Shown here in pieces: positions 18,319-27,065 of a DNA stretch of 64,000 bases. The notes beneath the pieces are model-generated. The model did no database searches. It saw only the letters and a list, made by a program, of their open reading frames with translations, and was not told the DNA's origin. The DNA lies in assembly GCA_049521075.1 (NCBI GenBank), contig JBEKPD010000003.1:47766-111765 (forward strand), in the 5' to 3' direction. Source of the stretch: Terracidiphilus sp. (GTDB lineage: Bacteria; Acidobacteriota; Terriglobia; Terriglobales; Acidobacteriaceae). The translations under genes were made by a program, and so were the position numbers. The stretch's first letter is position 1; the number at the start of each line of letters is the position of its first letter.

Positions 18319-18434
18319 TGGTGGCCAGGCACGGGATTGAACCGCCGACGCCGGCCTTTCGGAGGACCGCGGGCAATACTACTTCGCTGCGCTCAATGGC
18401 GAGCGCGACCTACGGACACGCAGAATTTACAGAA
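18319..18434 (-). repeat. 116-bp tandem unit: spacer + duplicated tRNA-Phe 3' half (altered anticodon arm, T arm, ACCA)
   Basis: 18319-18359 repeats 18435-18475 with one substitution; the period is 116 bp. Confidence 0.9.
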
Positions 18435-18509
18435 TGGTGGCCAGGGACGGGATTGAACCGCCGACGCCGGCCTTTTCAGGGCCGCGCTCTACCACTGAGC
18501 TACCTGGCC
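18435..18509 (-). tRNA. trnF: tRNA-Phe (GAA)
   Basis: GGCCAGG acceptor stem, D arm GCTC-AGTGGTA-GAGC, anticodon loop CT-GAA-AA, T loop GTTCAATC, encoded CCA. Confidence 0.97.
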
Positions 18510-18739
18510 TCAATTAAGTGAGACGATTGAATCTGCGCGGATTCCGGTCGTGCCAGGTGGCATTGCCGGGAGAGGCGGGTGTTTCCACTTGCCGTGCGCT
18601 CAAAACAACCAGAGTTAGTATAGCAATCCTTATGTGCTCAGCCAAACAGAGCCAAGCGCAGCAGGACGTGTGGTCAGGCGCGGCGGACTTGTGGCCAGGT
18701 ACGGCGGGCCTTGGGCTCTGGGCTACACTGAAGAACATT

Positions 18740-20341
18740 ATGCGATACACGGTGCGGTTCTTTGCTTGTTTTGGACTGGCTTTAGGCGTCTCGATCTTCG
18801 GCCAGGCGGCCGCGGAGGGACAGGGCAGTTCCCCGTCGGTGCAAGGGGCCGAGGCGCGCGCCGTGCGTGCCTACGAGGCTGCCGTGCGGCAGGGCGCCCC
18901 GGCGCTCACGGCCTTTCTCGCGCAGTTTCCCAAGGGCGCCGATCTGCACGTACATCTTTCGGGCGCTGTGTATGCAGAGACTTTCATCCGCGAGGCCGGC
19001 AAAGATGAGGTGTGCGTGGACACGGTGGCGCTGACCTTCGCCAAACCGCCCTGCACCGGCAATCTGATTCCGGCAACAAATTTGTCGGGGAACTTGAGCG
19101 CGGCCAATCAGACGATCTACGACAGGCTCATCGACTCGTTCTCGCTGCGAAGCTTTGTGCCTTCGGCGGGATGGAGCGGGCACGACCAGTTCTTTGCCAC
19201 CTTTGACCGCTTCGGTGGCCTCAAAGATCATTATGGCGAATGGGTGGATGAGGTGGCCAGCCGTGCCACGGCGCAGAATGAGCAATACCTTGAACTGATG
19301 GTGACGCCGGCCTTCAGTGGCGCCGCCGGGATTGCGCACCAGATCGGCTGGAGTCCGCAGTTGGCAGCAGCTGATACAAGTGCATTCGCGCAGTTTCGCC
19401 AGCAACTGCTGGATAAAGGATTGCGCGACGAAGTTGCCGCGGATCGCGAAAAAGTGCGGGCGTCCGAGACGCAACGCAAACAATTGGAACACTGCGGAAC
19501 AGCGCTGGCCGCGGAGGCTTGCCAAGTAGAAGTGCGGTACCTTTACCAGGTGCTGCGCGGCAATGCGCCGGAGCAGGTGTTTGCGCAGACTCTGCTTGGC
19601 TTCGAGACCGTCGAGGCGAGCATGGCGGCAAAAGACGACTTGTGGGTAGGCATCAATTTCGTGCAGCCCGAGGACGGATTTATTTCCATGCGCGACTACA
19701 CGCTGCAGATGAAGATGGTGGGCTATCTGCACACGGTGTATCCCAATGTCGCCATTTCGCTGCACGCGGGCGAGTTGACGCTGGGCCTGGTACCGCCGGA
19801 GGGATTGCGCTTCCATATTCGCCAGGCGGTGGAGCTGGCCCACGCGGAGCGGATCGGGCACGGCGTGGACGCGATGTACGAGGACGACGCCGCGGGGTTG
19901 TTGAAGGAGATGGCCGCCAAGCACATAATGGTCGAGATCAATCTGAGCTCGAACGAGGGAATTCTGGGCGTGAAGGGCGCGGAGCATCCGTTCCCGATTT
20001 ATCGCGCAGCAAAAGTACCCGTGGCGCTTTCGACAGACGATGAGGGTGTAAGCCGCATCGACCTGACGCATGAATATGTGCGCGCCGCGCTCGACTACCA
20101 CCTGAGCTACGCAGACCTGAAGAAGCTGGCGCGGACGGGGATGGAGCACGATTTTCTGCCGGGCGCGAGCCTCTGGGTCCGGCCGGACGACTTTGCCGCA
20201 CCGGTGAAGGCCTGCGAGAACGATGTGCTCGGCGCGGCGAATCCGTCGGCGGCGTGCAAGGCGTTTTTGAACGGAAGCGAGAAAGCCGCGGCCCAGTGGG
20301 AGCTCGAACGGCGATTCCGGGCGTTTGAGGCGAAGTTCTGA
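18740..20341 (+). CDS. Adenosine deaminase family protein with N-terminal signal peptide
   Basis: DLHVHLSG, LHAGE, RIGHG and STDDEG metal/catalytic motifs. Start moved to MRYTVRFFACFGLALG (signal peptide-like). Confidence 0.88.
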   Translation: MRYTVRFFACFGLALGVSIFGQAAAEGQGSSPSVQGAEARAVRAYEAAVRQGAPALTAFLAQFPKGADLHVHLSGAVYAETFIREAGKDEVCVDTVALTFAKPPCTGNLIPATNLSGNLSAANQTIYDRLIDSFSLRSFVPSAGWSGHDQFFATFDRFGGLKDHYGEWVDEVASRATAQNEQYLELMVTPAFSGAAGIAHQIGWSPQLAAADTSAFAQFRQQLLDKGLRDEVAADREKVRASETQRKQLEHCGTALAAEACQVEVRYLYQVLRGNAPEQVFAQTLLGFETVEASMAAKDDLWVGINFVQPEDGFISMRDYTLQMKMVGYLHTVYPNVAISLHAGELTLGLVPPEGLRFHIRQAVELAHAERIGHGVDAMYEDDAAGLLKEMAAKHIMVEINLSSNEGILGVKGAEHPFPIYRAAKVPVALSTDDEGVSRIDLTHEYVRAALDYHLSYADLKKLARTGMEHDFLPGASLWVRPDDFAAPVKACENDVLGAANPSAACKAFLNGSEKAAAQWELERRFRAFEAKF

Positions 20342-20781
20342 TGGACAACGAACGCATTCGCGAGATTTGCCTCAGGCTGCCTCACGTCAGTGAGACGCTG
20401 AACTGGGGTCACCACCTCGTCTACTGGGCCGGCGACCGCGACCTGGGCGGAAAGATGTTCGCGATGACGGATCTCGATGGAACGGGCACTGGCGTGTTGT
20501 GGTTCCATTGCGGGGCGGAGCGGTTTCACGAACTGCTGGAGCGCGAAGGAATTATTCCCGCGCCGCACCTGGCGCGCGCGTACTGGGTGGCCGTGGAGCG
20601 CTGGGATGTGTTGCGGCCGCGCGAGATTGAGGACGAGTTGCGCCGGGCACACGAGCTGATCTACGAAAAGCTGCCCAAGCGGACCAAAGCCGTGCTGGCA
20701 CAGCCCGAGAAGAAACGCACGAAAGCGATCCGCGAACACAAGAAGACGTTGGCAACACGCACGAAGGCGAAACGGAAATAA
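20341..20781 (+). CDS. MmcQ/YjbR family protein
   Basis: REICLRLPHVSETLNWG, GKMFA, PAPHLARAYWV. Start overlaps the upstream stop by one base. Confidence 0.85.
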   Translation: MDNERIREICLRLPHVSETLNWGHHLVYWAGDRDLGGKMFAMTDLDGTGTGVLWFHCGAERFHELLEREGIIPAPHLARAYWVAVERWDVLRPREIEDELRRAHELIYEKLPKRTKAVLAQPEKKRTKAIREHKKTLATRTKAKRK

Positions 20782-20863
20782 CGGACCGAACTTTTGCGCG
20801 CGTTGTTGCGTACAACAGAATTATTGCGATCAAAGATGCACTTGGTCGCGGGGCGGTGAGACG

Positions 20864-21055
20864 ATGGTTAAATTTCTTCTCTGGTGCATTCTGCTTATCT
20901 TGTGCTGGCCGGTGGCGTTGGTGGCCCTGGTGCTCTATCCGCTTGTCTGGTTGGTGCTGCTGCCGTTCCGTGTGGTCGGCATCGCGGTGGGCGGAGTGCT
21001 GGAGCTGGTGAAGGCGATCATCCTGCTACCGGCACGCGTGCTGCGGGCAGTGTGA
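20864..21055 (+). CDS. Small hydrophobic membrane protein (63 aa)
   Basis: Fills the gap in a co-directional gene run; strongly hydrophobic; PFR motif. Confidence 0.7.
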   Translation: MVKFLLWCILLILCWPVALVALVLYPLVWLVLLPFRVVGIAVGGVLELVKAIILLPARVLRAV

Positions 21056-21105
21056 GGCTGCGAGACGTCTCGACATTTCCTCTGACAATGCTTTAGCGTG
21101 GGCCT

Positions 21106-21975
21106 ATGGCGTTCGCTCTGAATCTCAACGGCAAAGTTGCGCTCGTCAGCGGCGGGTCGCGCGGCATTGGCGCGGAGACCGTGCGCCTGCTGCGCCAGGC
21201 AGGTGCGCGTGTGGCCTTCAGCTACCGCAAGGCGCAGGCGCAGGCTGATGCGTTAGTAGCAGAGTGCGGCGGGACCGGCGCTGCGGGCGAGCCATCGTGC
21301 GTGGCTATTGAGCAGGAACTGAGTTCGCCGGTAGACGGGCAGCGGCTGGTGGAGCGCGCTGTGGCGGCGATGGGGCGGCTGGATATTCTGGTGGCCAATC
21401 ACGGCGTGTGGGAGGCCAAGGATGTGCCCATTGCGCGGATGGACGAAACGCAGTGGCGGCGCACGCTTGCGGTGAATCTGGATGCGGTGTTCGGATTGGT
21501 GCAGGCAGCGGTAGGGCAAATGCAATTGCAGAGCACCGCAGGAGCACGAGGATCTGGCGACGCGGACGCCGCCAGTACAGCCGGTCAGGAGACCGGCGCC
21601 ACAGGGCCTGGCGGGGTACGAGGACACATCGTTCTGATCAGCTCGACCGCGGGCCAGCGCGGCGAGGCGTTCCATGCCGACTACGCCGTTACGAAAGGTG
21701 CTTTGATCAGTCTTACCAAGAGTCTGTCGACGGAACTCGCGCCCAAGGGAATCATGGTGAACTGCGTTGCACCGGGGTGGGTGGCGACCGATATGTCGGC
21801 GTCCACGCTGGCTGACCCGGCGAAGGGTGAGAAGATCGCCGCGGCGATTCCGCTGGGCCGCGCAGCAACCCCGCGGGAGATCGCGGGCCCGGTCGTTTTT
21901 CTTTGCACGCCGCTGGCCGGGTTCATCAGCGGCGAAGTGCTGAATGTTAACGGTGGAGCAGTGCTGGTGGGGTGA
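21106..21975 (+). CDS. Short-chain dehydrogenase/reductase (FabG-like)
   Basis: SGGSRGIG Rossmann motif, ANHG (NNAG-like), ISS, YAVTK catalytic YxxxK, VNCVAPG. Confidence 0.92.
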   Translation: MAFALNLNGKVALVSGGSRGIGAETVRLLRQAGARVAFSYRKAQAQADALVAECGGTGAAGEPSCVAIEQELSSPVDGQRLVERAVAAMGRLDILVANHGVWEAKDVPIARMDETQWRRTLAVNLDAVFGLVQAAVGQMQLQSTAGARGSGDADAASTAGQETGATGPGGVRGHIVLISSTAGQRGEAFHADYAVTKGALISLTKSLSTELAPKGIMVNCVAPGWVATDMSASTLADPAKGEKIAAAIPLGRAATPREIAGPVVFLCTPLAGFISGEVLNVNGGAVLVG

Positions 21976-21979
21976 AGGC

Positions 21980-22068
21980 AGGGACTGAGGGACCAGGGAC
22001 CAGGAAATTGGGAGCCGTAAACGTCCAACAGCCGCAAGGTCCAAGCCTGAGAGCTGACGACTGATGGC
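21980..22068 (+). repeat. Phased heptamer repeats (AGGGACT/AGGGACC/AGGGACC/AGGAAAT; TGAGAGC/TGACGAC/TGATGGC)
   Basis: Direct reading of the spacer between the SDR and the next gene. Confidence 0.65.
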
Positions 22069-22084
22069 TTTTACGAGGAGGACG

Positions 22085-22882
22085 ATGAAGATCGGGAAGT
22101 TGGCAACGATTTTGCTCGCGACTGCGGCGCTGATGGCCCCGCATGCGATGCGCGCGCAGAATACCGACGACGAGGCACAGAAGAACGCGCGGCAGGCTCG
22201 GGCTGCGTTGGACGCGATGGTGAAGGCGCTGGGCGGGCAGGCGTGGCTCGACATGAAGAACCAGATGCGACAGGGCCACATTGCCGCGTTCTTCCAGGGC
22301 AATCCGGACCTCGGCACCGAGGACACCTTCGAGTTCCACCAGTGGCCCGATCACGACCGCATTGAAGTGACCAAGCACCGCGACGTGGTGGAATTTTTTG
22401 TGGGGCGTGAGGGCTGGGAGGTGACCTACCGCGGCAAGAAACCGCTCGACAAGGATATCGTGGACGACTTTTTGCGGCGGCGCGACCACTCCGTTGAGGT
22501 GGCGATGAAAGTTTGGATGAAGGATCCGAACACGATTCTGCTTTACGAAGGCCAGCACATGGCCGAGCGACACCTGGCGGAACAGGTGACGCTGATTTCG
22601 CCGCAGAACGAGGCCATCACCATCCTGATGGACGTGCAAACGCATCTGCCGCTGGCGCGCAGCTTTGAGTGGCGCGACCCCACCTACCACGACAAGAACA
22701 CCGACACCGAGGAGTACGACGACTACCACACGATCGACGGATTCCCTACGCCGTTCACCATCACGCGGCTCAAGAATGGCGACACCGTCCGCCAGTATTA
22801 CGTGACGCACGTGACCTTCAATCAGAATCTGCCTGCCGATTTCTGGGACCCGGATGCCGAGGCGCACAAGGTGAAGAAGTAG
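22085..22882 (+). CDS. Exported protein with probable LolA-like beta-roll fold
   Basis: SD GAGGAGG; signal peptide ending in AMRA; C-terminal DYHTIDGFPTPFTIT...VTFNQNLPADFW pattern typical of LolA-like proteins. Confidence 0.6.
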   Translation: MKIGKLATILLATAALMAPHAMRAQNTDDEAQKNARQARAALDAMVKALGGQAWLDMKNQMRQGHIAAFFQGNPDLGTEDTFEFHQWPDHDRIEVTKHRDVVEFFVGREGWEVTYRGKKPLDKDIVDDFLRRRDHSVEVAMKVWMKDPNTILLYEGQHMAERHLAEQVTLISPQNEAITILMDVQTHLPLARSFEWRDPTYHDKNTDTEEYDDYHTIDGFPTPFTITRLKNGDTVRQYYVTHVTFNQNLPADFWDPDAEAHKVKK

Positions 22883-22975
22883 CGGCGCGAAGGGCCATTC
22901 GGGGGCGGCGGCTCAATATTTATAATCCCAACGAGCACTTAGCTGCCAAAAGAACCGTTCCCTAGGAGCCGCAGA

Positions 22976-23455
22976 ATGACGTTGACCATTCAGGAAATCA
23001 TGGATTTCCTGCCCCACCGCTACCCGTTTCTCCTGATTGACCGCGTGCTCGAGTTCGAGCCCCGAAAGCGCATCGTCGCCATCAAAAACGTGACCATGAA
23101 TGAGCCGTTCTTCCAGGGCCACTTCCCCGGCGCGCCGCTTATGCCCGGCGTACTGATCGTTGAGGCGATGGCGCAGGCAGGGGCGGTGCTGCTGCTCTCG
23201 GAGATGGAGGACCGGCACTCGAAGCTGGCGGTCTTCACCGGCATTGACGGAGCCAAGTTCCGCCGTTCGGTGACGCCGGGCGATCAACTTCGTATCGAAG
23301 TGGATGTGGTAAGCTTCCGCCCACGCGCCGGCAAGATGGCAGGCAAAGCATATGTCGAAGGCAAACTTGCCTGCGAGGCTGAACTAACCTGCATGATTGT
23401 GCCCCGGGTTCGGGAATCGAAGAGTGAATCGGGTTCTTCCGAGGCAGCCCAGTGA
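22976..23455 (+). CDS. fabZ: 3-hydroxyacyl-ACP dehydratase FabZ
   Basis: LPHRYPFLLIDRV, FFQGHFPG, MPGVLIVEAMAQ. Confidence 0.97.
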   Translation: MTLTIQEIMDFLPHRYPFLLIDRVLEFEPRKRIVAIKNVTMNEPFFQGHFPGAPLMPGVLIVEAMAQAGAVLLLSEMEDRHSKLAVFTGIDGAKFRRSVTPGDQLRIEVDVVSFRPRAGKMAGKAYVEGKLACEAELTCMIVPRVRESKSESGSSEAAQ

Positions 23456-24222
23456 GCATCCATCCGAGCGCGATCGTCGCGGAAGGCGCGCGGGTTCCGG
23501 ACTCGTGCACCGTTGGACCGTATTGCACTATTGCGGCGGAGGTCGAGCTGGGCAAGGAGTGCATGCTCATCTCGCATGTGGTGATCGACGGCCGCACGCG
23601 CATCGGGGCGCGCAACACGTTCTACCCGTTTTGCTCCGTCGGCGTGGCGCCGCAGGATCTCAAATACAAAGGCGAGCCGACCGAGACCGAGATCGGCGAC
23701 GACAACACCATTCGCGAGTGCGTCACCATCAGCCGCGGCACAGTGGGCGGCGGCGGCATAACGCGGCTGGGCTCCGGCAACCTGCTGATGGCGTACGCGC
23801 ACGTGGGCCACGACAGCCAGGTGGGCAGCCGCTGCATTCTGGCCAACTCCGCCACGCTCGCCGGTCACGTGACCATTGAGGACGATGTGACGCTGGGTGC
23901 GTTTTGCCCAGTGCACCAGCACTGTGTGTTGGGCGCGCACGCGTTTATTGGCGGCGGCACCATTGTCACGCAGGACGTGCTGCCGTTTTCGCTCACCTCG
24001 GCAAAGCGCGAGAACCGGGCCTTCGGGATTAACAAAGTCGGCCTCGAGCGCAAGGGCTTTTCACCGGAGCGCCTGCAGCGATTGCAAAAGGCCTACCGGT
24101 ATTTGCTGGCCGCGAAGCTCAACACCACACAGGCTCTCGAAAAGATACGCGCGATGGAAGGCGAAGATGTGGCGCTGCTGGTGCGATTCATTGAGCGCAG
24201 CGAGCGCGGGGTGATCAAGTAG
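23452..24222 (+). CDS. lpxA: UDP-N-acetylglucosamine acyltransferase LpxA
   Basis: IHPSAIV, hexapeptide repeats, PQDLKYKGE, IRECVTISRGT, AHVGHDS. Confidence 0.96.
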   Translation: MSIHPSAIVAEGARVPDSCTVGPYCTIAAEVELGKECMLISHVVIDGRTRIGARNTFYPFCSVGVAPQDLKYKGEPTETEIGDDNTIRECVTISRGTVGGGGITRLGSGNLLMAYAHVGHDSQVGSRCILANSATLAGHVTIEDDVTLGAFCPVHQHCVLGAHAFIGGGTIVTQDVLPFSLTSAKRENRAFGINKVGLERKGFSPERLQRLQKAYRYLLAAKLNTTQALEKIRAMEGEDVALLVRFIERSERGVIK

Positions 24223-24300
24223 GCGCTCACGCGCTTTTGCTCTTTGGAATTGGCTTTTATGAAGGCAGAGGAAGCGATTCCGTTGACAGAGTCTATTGCG

Positions 24301-25149
24301 ATGAAACTCGGTTTGATCGCCGGTAACGGCCGCTTCCCTTTCCTGCTGCTCGATGCGGCGCGAGCTGAGGGGCTGGCGGTTGTAGTTGCGGCTATCAAGG
24401 AAGAGACCGATCCGGAGATTGACAGGCGCGCCGCAGCAGATGCCGGCGTGACTGTGCACTGGCTCTCGCTGGGCGAGCTTTCTCGGCTGATTGAGACCTT
24501 CAAAAAAGAGGGGGTCGAGCAGGCTGTGATGGCGGGCCAGGTGAAGCATAAACAGATTTTCTCGAGCATCCGGCCTGATTGGCGGCTGGCCAAGCTGCTC
24601 TTGAATTTGCGCACGCGCTCGACGGACGCGCTGCTGGGTGCAGTGGCCAAGGTGCTCGGCGATGAAGGCATCGAACTGATCAGCTCGACTGCGTTTCTGG
24701 AGCCGCTTTTGGCCACCGAGGGCGTGCTGACCGAACGCGCACCCGACGAAGAGGAATGCAAAAATATCGAGTACGGGTTGGGAGTGGCTGGGGCACTGGC
24801 CGGATTCGACATCGGGCAAACGGTGGTGGTGGCGGCGCAGGCGTGCGTGGCCGTGGAGGCCATGGAGGGTACCGACGCCACCATCGAGCGGGCCGGGCGG
24901 TTGATGGCGACCCTTGTGGCTGAGGCCTCGACTCTAGAACGGAGGCTCACGGTCGTCAAAGTGGCTAAACCCAATCAGGACATGCGCTTCGACGTGCCGG
25001 TGGTCGGGCAATCGACAATTGAGACGATGATTAGCGCCGGGGCAAGCTGCCTTTCGATTGAAGCTGGAAGGACCCTTTTATTCGACCGGGAGGCGCTGCT
25101 CCAGACCGCCAGCCTGGCGGGGATTGCCATTGTCGCCGCGCAGCGGTAG
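24301..25149 (+). CDS. lpxI: UDP-2,3-diacylglucosamine pyrophosphatase LpxI
   Basis: KLGLIAGNGRFP, DIGQTVV, AVEAMEGTDATIER, QDMRFDVP; directly after lpxA. Confidence 0.93.
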   Translation: MKLGLIAGNGRFPFLLLDAARAEGLAVVVAAIKEETDPEIDRRAAADAGVTVHWLSLGELSRLIETFKKEGVEQAVMAGQVKHKQIFSSIRPDWRLAKLLLNLRTRSTDALLGAVAKVLGDEGIELISSTAFLEPLLATEGVLTERAPDEEECKNIEYGLGVAGALAGFDIGQTVVVAAQACVAVEAMEGTDATIERAGRLMATLVAEASTLERRLTVVKVAKPNQDMRFDVPVVGQSTIETMISAGASCLSIEAGRTLLFDREALLQTASLAGIAIVAAQR

Positions 25150-25223
25150 AACAATTGTCAGGGGTTGATCGTCTATAAGTAACGGGCTTGCACCGACGTT
25201 AGTTTCTGTGTTCGCTGTTGCTC

Positions 25224-25253
25224 GTCCCCTGTTCCCTAAGTTCCTAATCCCCA
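25224..25253 (-). repeat. Heptamer repeat cluster (GTCCCCT GTTCCCT AAGTTCCT AATCCCC)
   Basis: Reverse-orientation members of the AGGGANY family, upstream of bcp. Confidence 0.55.
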
Positions 25254-25272
25254 CTTCTCCAGGAGGTATTTC

Positions 25273-25809
25273 GTGAATAAGCCCCTTCTCTTCTCGCTCG
25301 TCGTGGCGGCCGTGGCTGTTGTGACCGCAGTGCCGCTTTTCACGGTCCGCGCGGCCGATGACGCTATGCCCACCGTGGGCCAGGAAGCGCCCACCTTTAC
25401 CCTACCCTCGCAGGATGGCACGCCGATTTCGCTTGAGCAATACCGCGGCAAGTGGGTAGTGCTCTACTTCTATCCCAAGGACATGACCACCGGCTGCACC
25501 ATTGAGGCGCACAAGTTTCAGGACGCGCTGCCGCAGTTCGACGCCAAGAATGCGGTGATTCTGGGCGTGAGCGTGGATACCAGCGACAGCCACAAGCAGT
25601 TCTGCACCAAGGATGGCCTGACCTTCCATCTGCTTGCGGACCCCGATCACAAGGTGGTGAGCGCGTATGGATCGCTGGGTTCGTTTGCTACTTTTACGAT
25701 TGCCAACCGCAACACGTTCCTTATCGATCCCCAGGGCAAGATTGCCAAGGTGTGGGTGAAAGTGTCTCCGGCCAACGCGGCATCGGACGTGCTGGCTGCA
25801 TTACCGTAG
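25273..25809 (+). CDS. bcp: Peroxiredoxin (Bcp/PrxQ family) with N-terminal signal/anchor
   Basis: YFYPKDMTTGCTIEA peroxidatic motif; GTG start with AGGAGG SD. Confidence 0.92.
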   Translation: MNKPLLFSLVVAAVAVVTAVPLFTVRAADDAMPTVGQEAPTFTLPSQDGTPISLEQYRGKWVVLYFYPKDMTTGCTIEAHKFQDALPQFDAKNAVILGVSVDTSDSHKQFCTKDGLTFHLLADPDHKVVSAYGSLGSFATFTIANRNTFLIDPQGKIAKVWVKVSPANAASDVLAALP

Positions 25810-25892
25810 TACCCCCTTTACAGGTAACCCTCTTGGTGGGAATGTGCATCTAATCAGTCGACAACCCAAATCCAGATAGCAGCCGGGGTCAA

Positions 25893-26381
25893 ATGGTGAC
25901 ACAATCTCTCCCTATGGAAATAGGGCCAGCACAAGGGCCCACCGTGCTGGCTCGCGATTTCCGCGCGGAACTGAATAACTATTACGCTGCCTTGCTGACG
26001 ATCTCGGCTGCCCAAGCGGACACTCCGTGGCGCGAGGGCGGGTGGACGCGCAAGCAGATTGTTGGGCATTTGCTGGATTCTGCGGCCAACAATCGCCAAC
26101 GATTTGTGAGGGCTGCGATTGACGGCGAGTACGTGGGCCCCAGTTACGGGCAGGACGCGTGGCTGGCCGCACACGGTTATGAATATGAGACCTGGGAAAC
26201 CCTGCTGCGCTGGTGGCGCACAGAGCACGATATTTTGGCGGCCGTAGTCGACCGCATCCCGGATAGTCGGCTCAATGCCAAATGCAAAGTGGGCGATGGT
26301 TCTGCGGTGACGCTGCGTTCCCTGATCGAGGATTACCTCGGCCACCATCGGCGACACTTCCAGCAGCTTATTGCGTCATAA
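25893..26381 (+). CDS. DinB-family protein
   Basis: WTRKQIVGHLLDSA and YLGHHRRHFQQ His motifs. Confidence 0.88.
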   Translation: MVTQSLPMEIGPAQGPTVLARDFRAELNNYYAALLTISAAQADTPWREGGWTRKQIVGHLLDSAANNRQRFVRAAIDGEYVGPSYGQDAWLAAHGYEYETWETLLRWWRTEHDILAAVVDRIPDSRLNAKCKVGDGSAVTLRSLIEDYLGHHRRHFQQLIAS

Positions 26382-26414
26382 CGCCTGCTTGGCGCAGTGG
26401 TTCACAAAAAGCAT

Positions 26415-26446
26415 GGGCCCGGCGGCGAACCGGGCCCTTTGTTTTT
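26415..26446 (+). terminator. Intrinsic terminator after dinB
   Basis: GGGCCCGG-N7-CCGGGCCC followed by TTTGTTTTT. Confidence 0.8.
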
Positions 26447-26543
26447 CATGGTGCGCAAGGCGTACAGCAGCAGACAGCCCAGCACACGTGACACATGGAG
26501 CCATGCGCCACGCGGTCGGAGCGCCTGCACGAAGACGCCATGT

Positions 26544-27065
26544 TTACTTCTTCGACTTCTTCTTCGCGGCCTTTTTGGCCGCCTTTTTCGCAGCCTTCTT
26601 GCCAGCCTTCTTCGGCGCTACCTTTTTGGCGGGCGCTTTCTTAGCCGCCTTCTTAGCGGCTTTCTTGACTGGAGCACTCTTCTTTGCAGCCTTCTTGGGC
26701 TGCGCCTTCTTCGCCACTTTTGGGGACGCCTTCTTCGCAGGAGCCTTTGCGGCCGCCTTCTGGACAGGCGCTTTTTGGGCAGGCGCCTTCTTGGCCGCTG
26801 CCTTCTTCGCTGGTGCCTTCTTGGCAGGCGCCTTCTTGGCCGGCGGTGCGGATACTATGACCACGGTCTCTTCGGCGATCACCTCATCGTCGTCTGAAGA
26901 AGTAAGGATGCCGGCAGTCTCAAATTCATCTTCTTCGTCAGCAAAGGCATCGACCTGACCGGCGTCCAGATCGCCCGGCTTCCCAAAGGGATCGCCGTCA
27001 CTCATCGCGTACATCTTGAACACTTCATCCATCCCATTTGCCTCCAGCGGATAGCCGCTGCTCAT
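26544..27065 (-). CDS. Histone H1-like Lys/Ala/Pro-rich protein with acidic N-terminus
   Basis: PAKKA / KKAA repeats across about 100 C-terminal residues and a D/E-rich N-terminal segment. Confidence 0.8.
   Translation of the reverse strand: MSSGYPLEANGMDEVFKMYAMSDGDPFGKPGDLDAGQVDAFADEEDEFETAGILTSSDDDEVIAEETVVIVSAPPAKKAPAKKAPAKKAAAKKAPAQKAPVQKAAAKAPAKKASPKVAKKAQPKKAAKKSAPVKKAAKKAAKKAPAKKVAPKKAGKKAAKKAAKKAAKKKSKK

Noticed and set aside
18188-18434. CRISPR-like array or extra tRNA genes
   Set aside because: Spacers are near-identical rather than unique and no cas genes are present. The tRNA-like copies lack the 5' acceptor strand and D arm, so they cannot be functional tRNAs.
26371-26958. Phe/Ala/Leu-rich 'membrane protein' ORF
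   Set aside because: It is the antisense translation of the Lys/Ala repeats of the H1-like gene.
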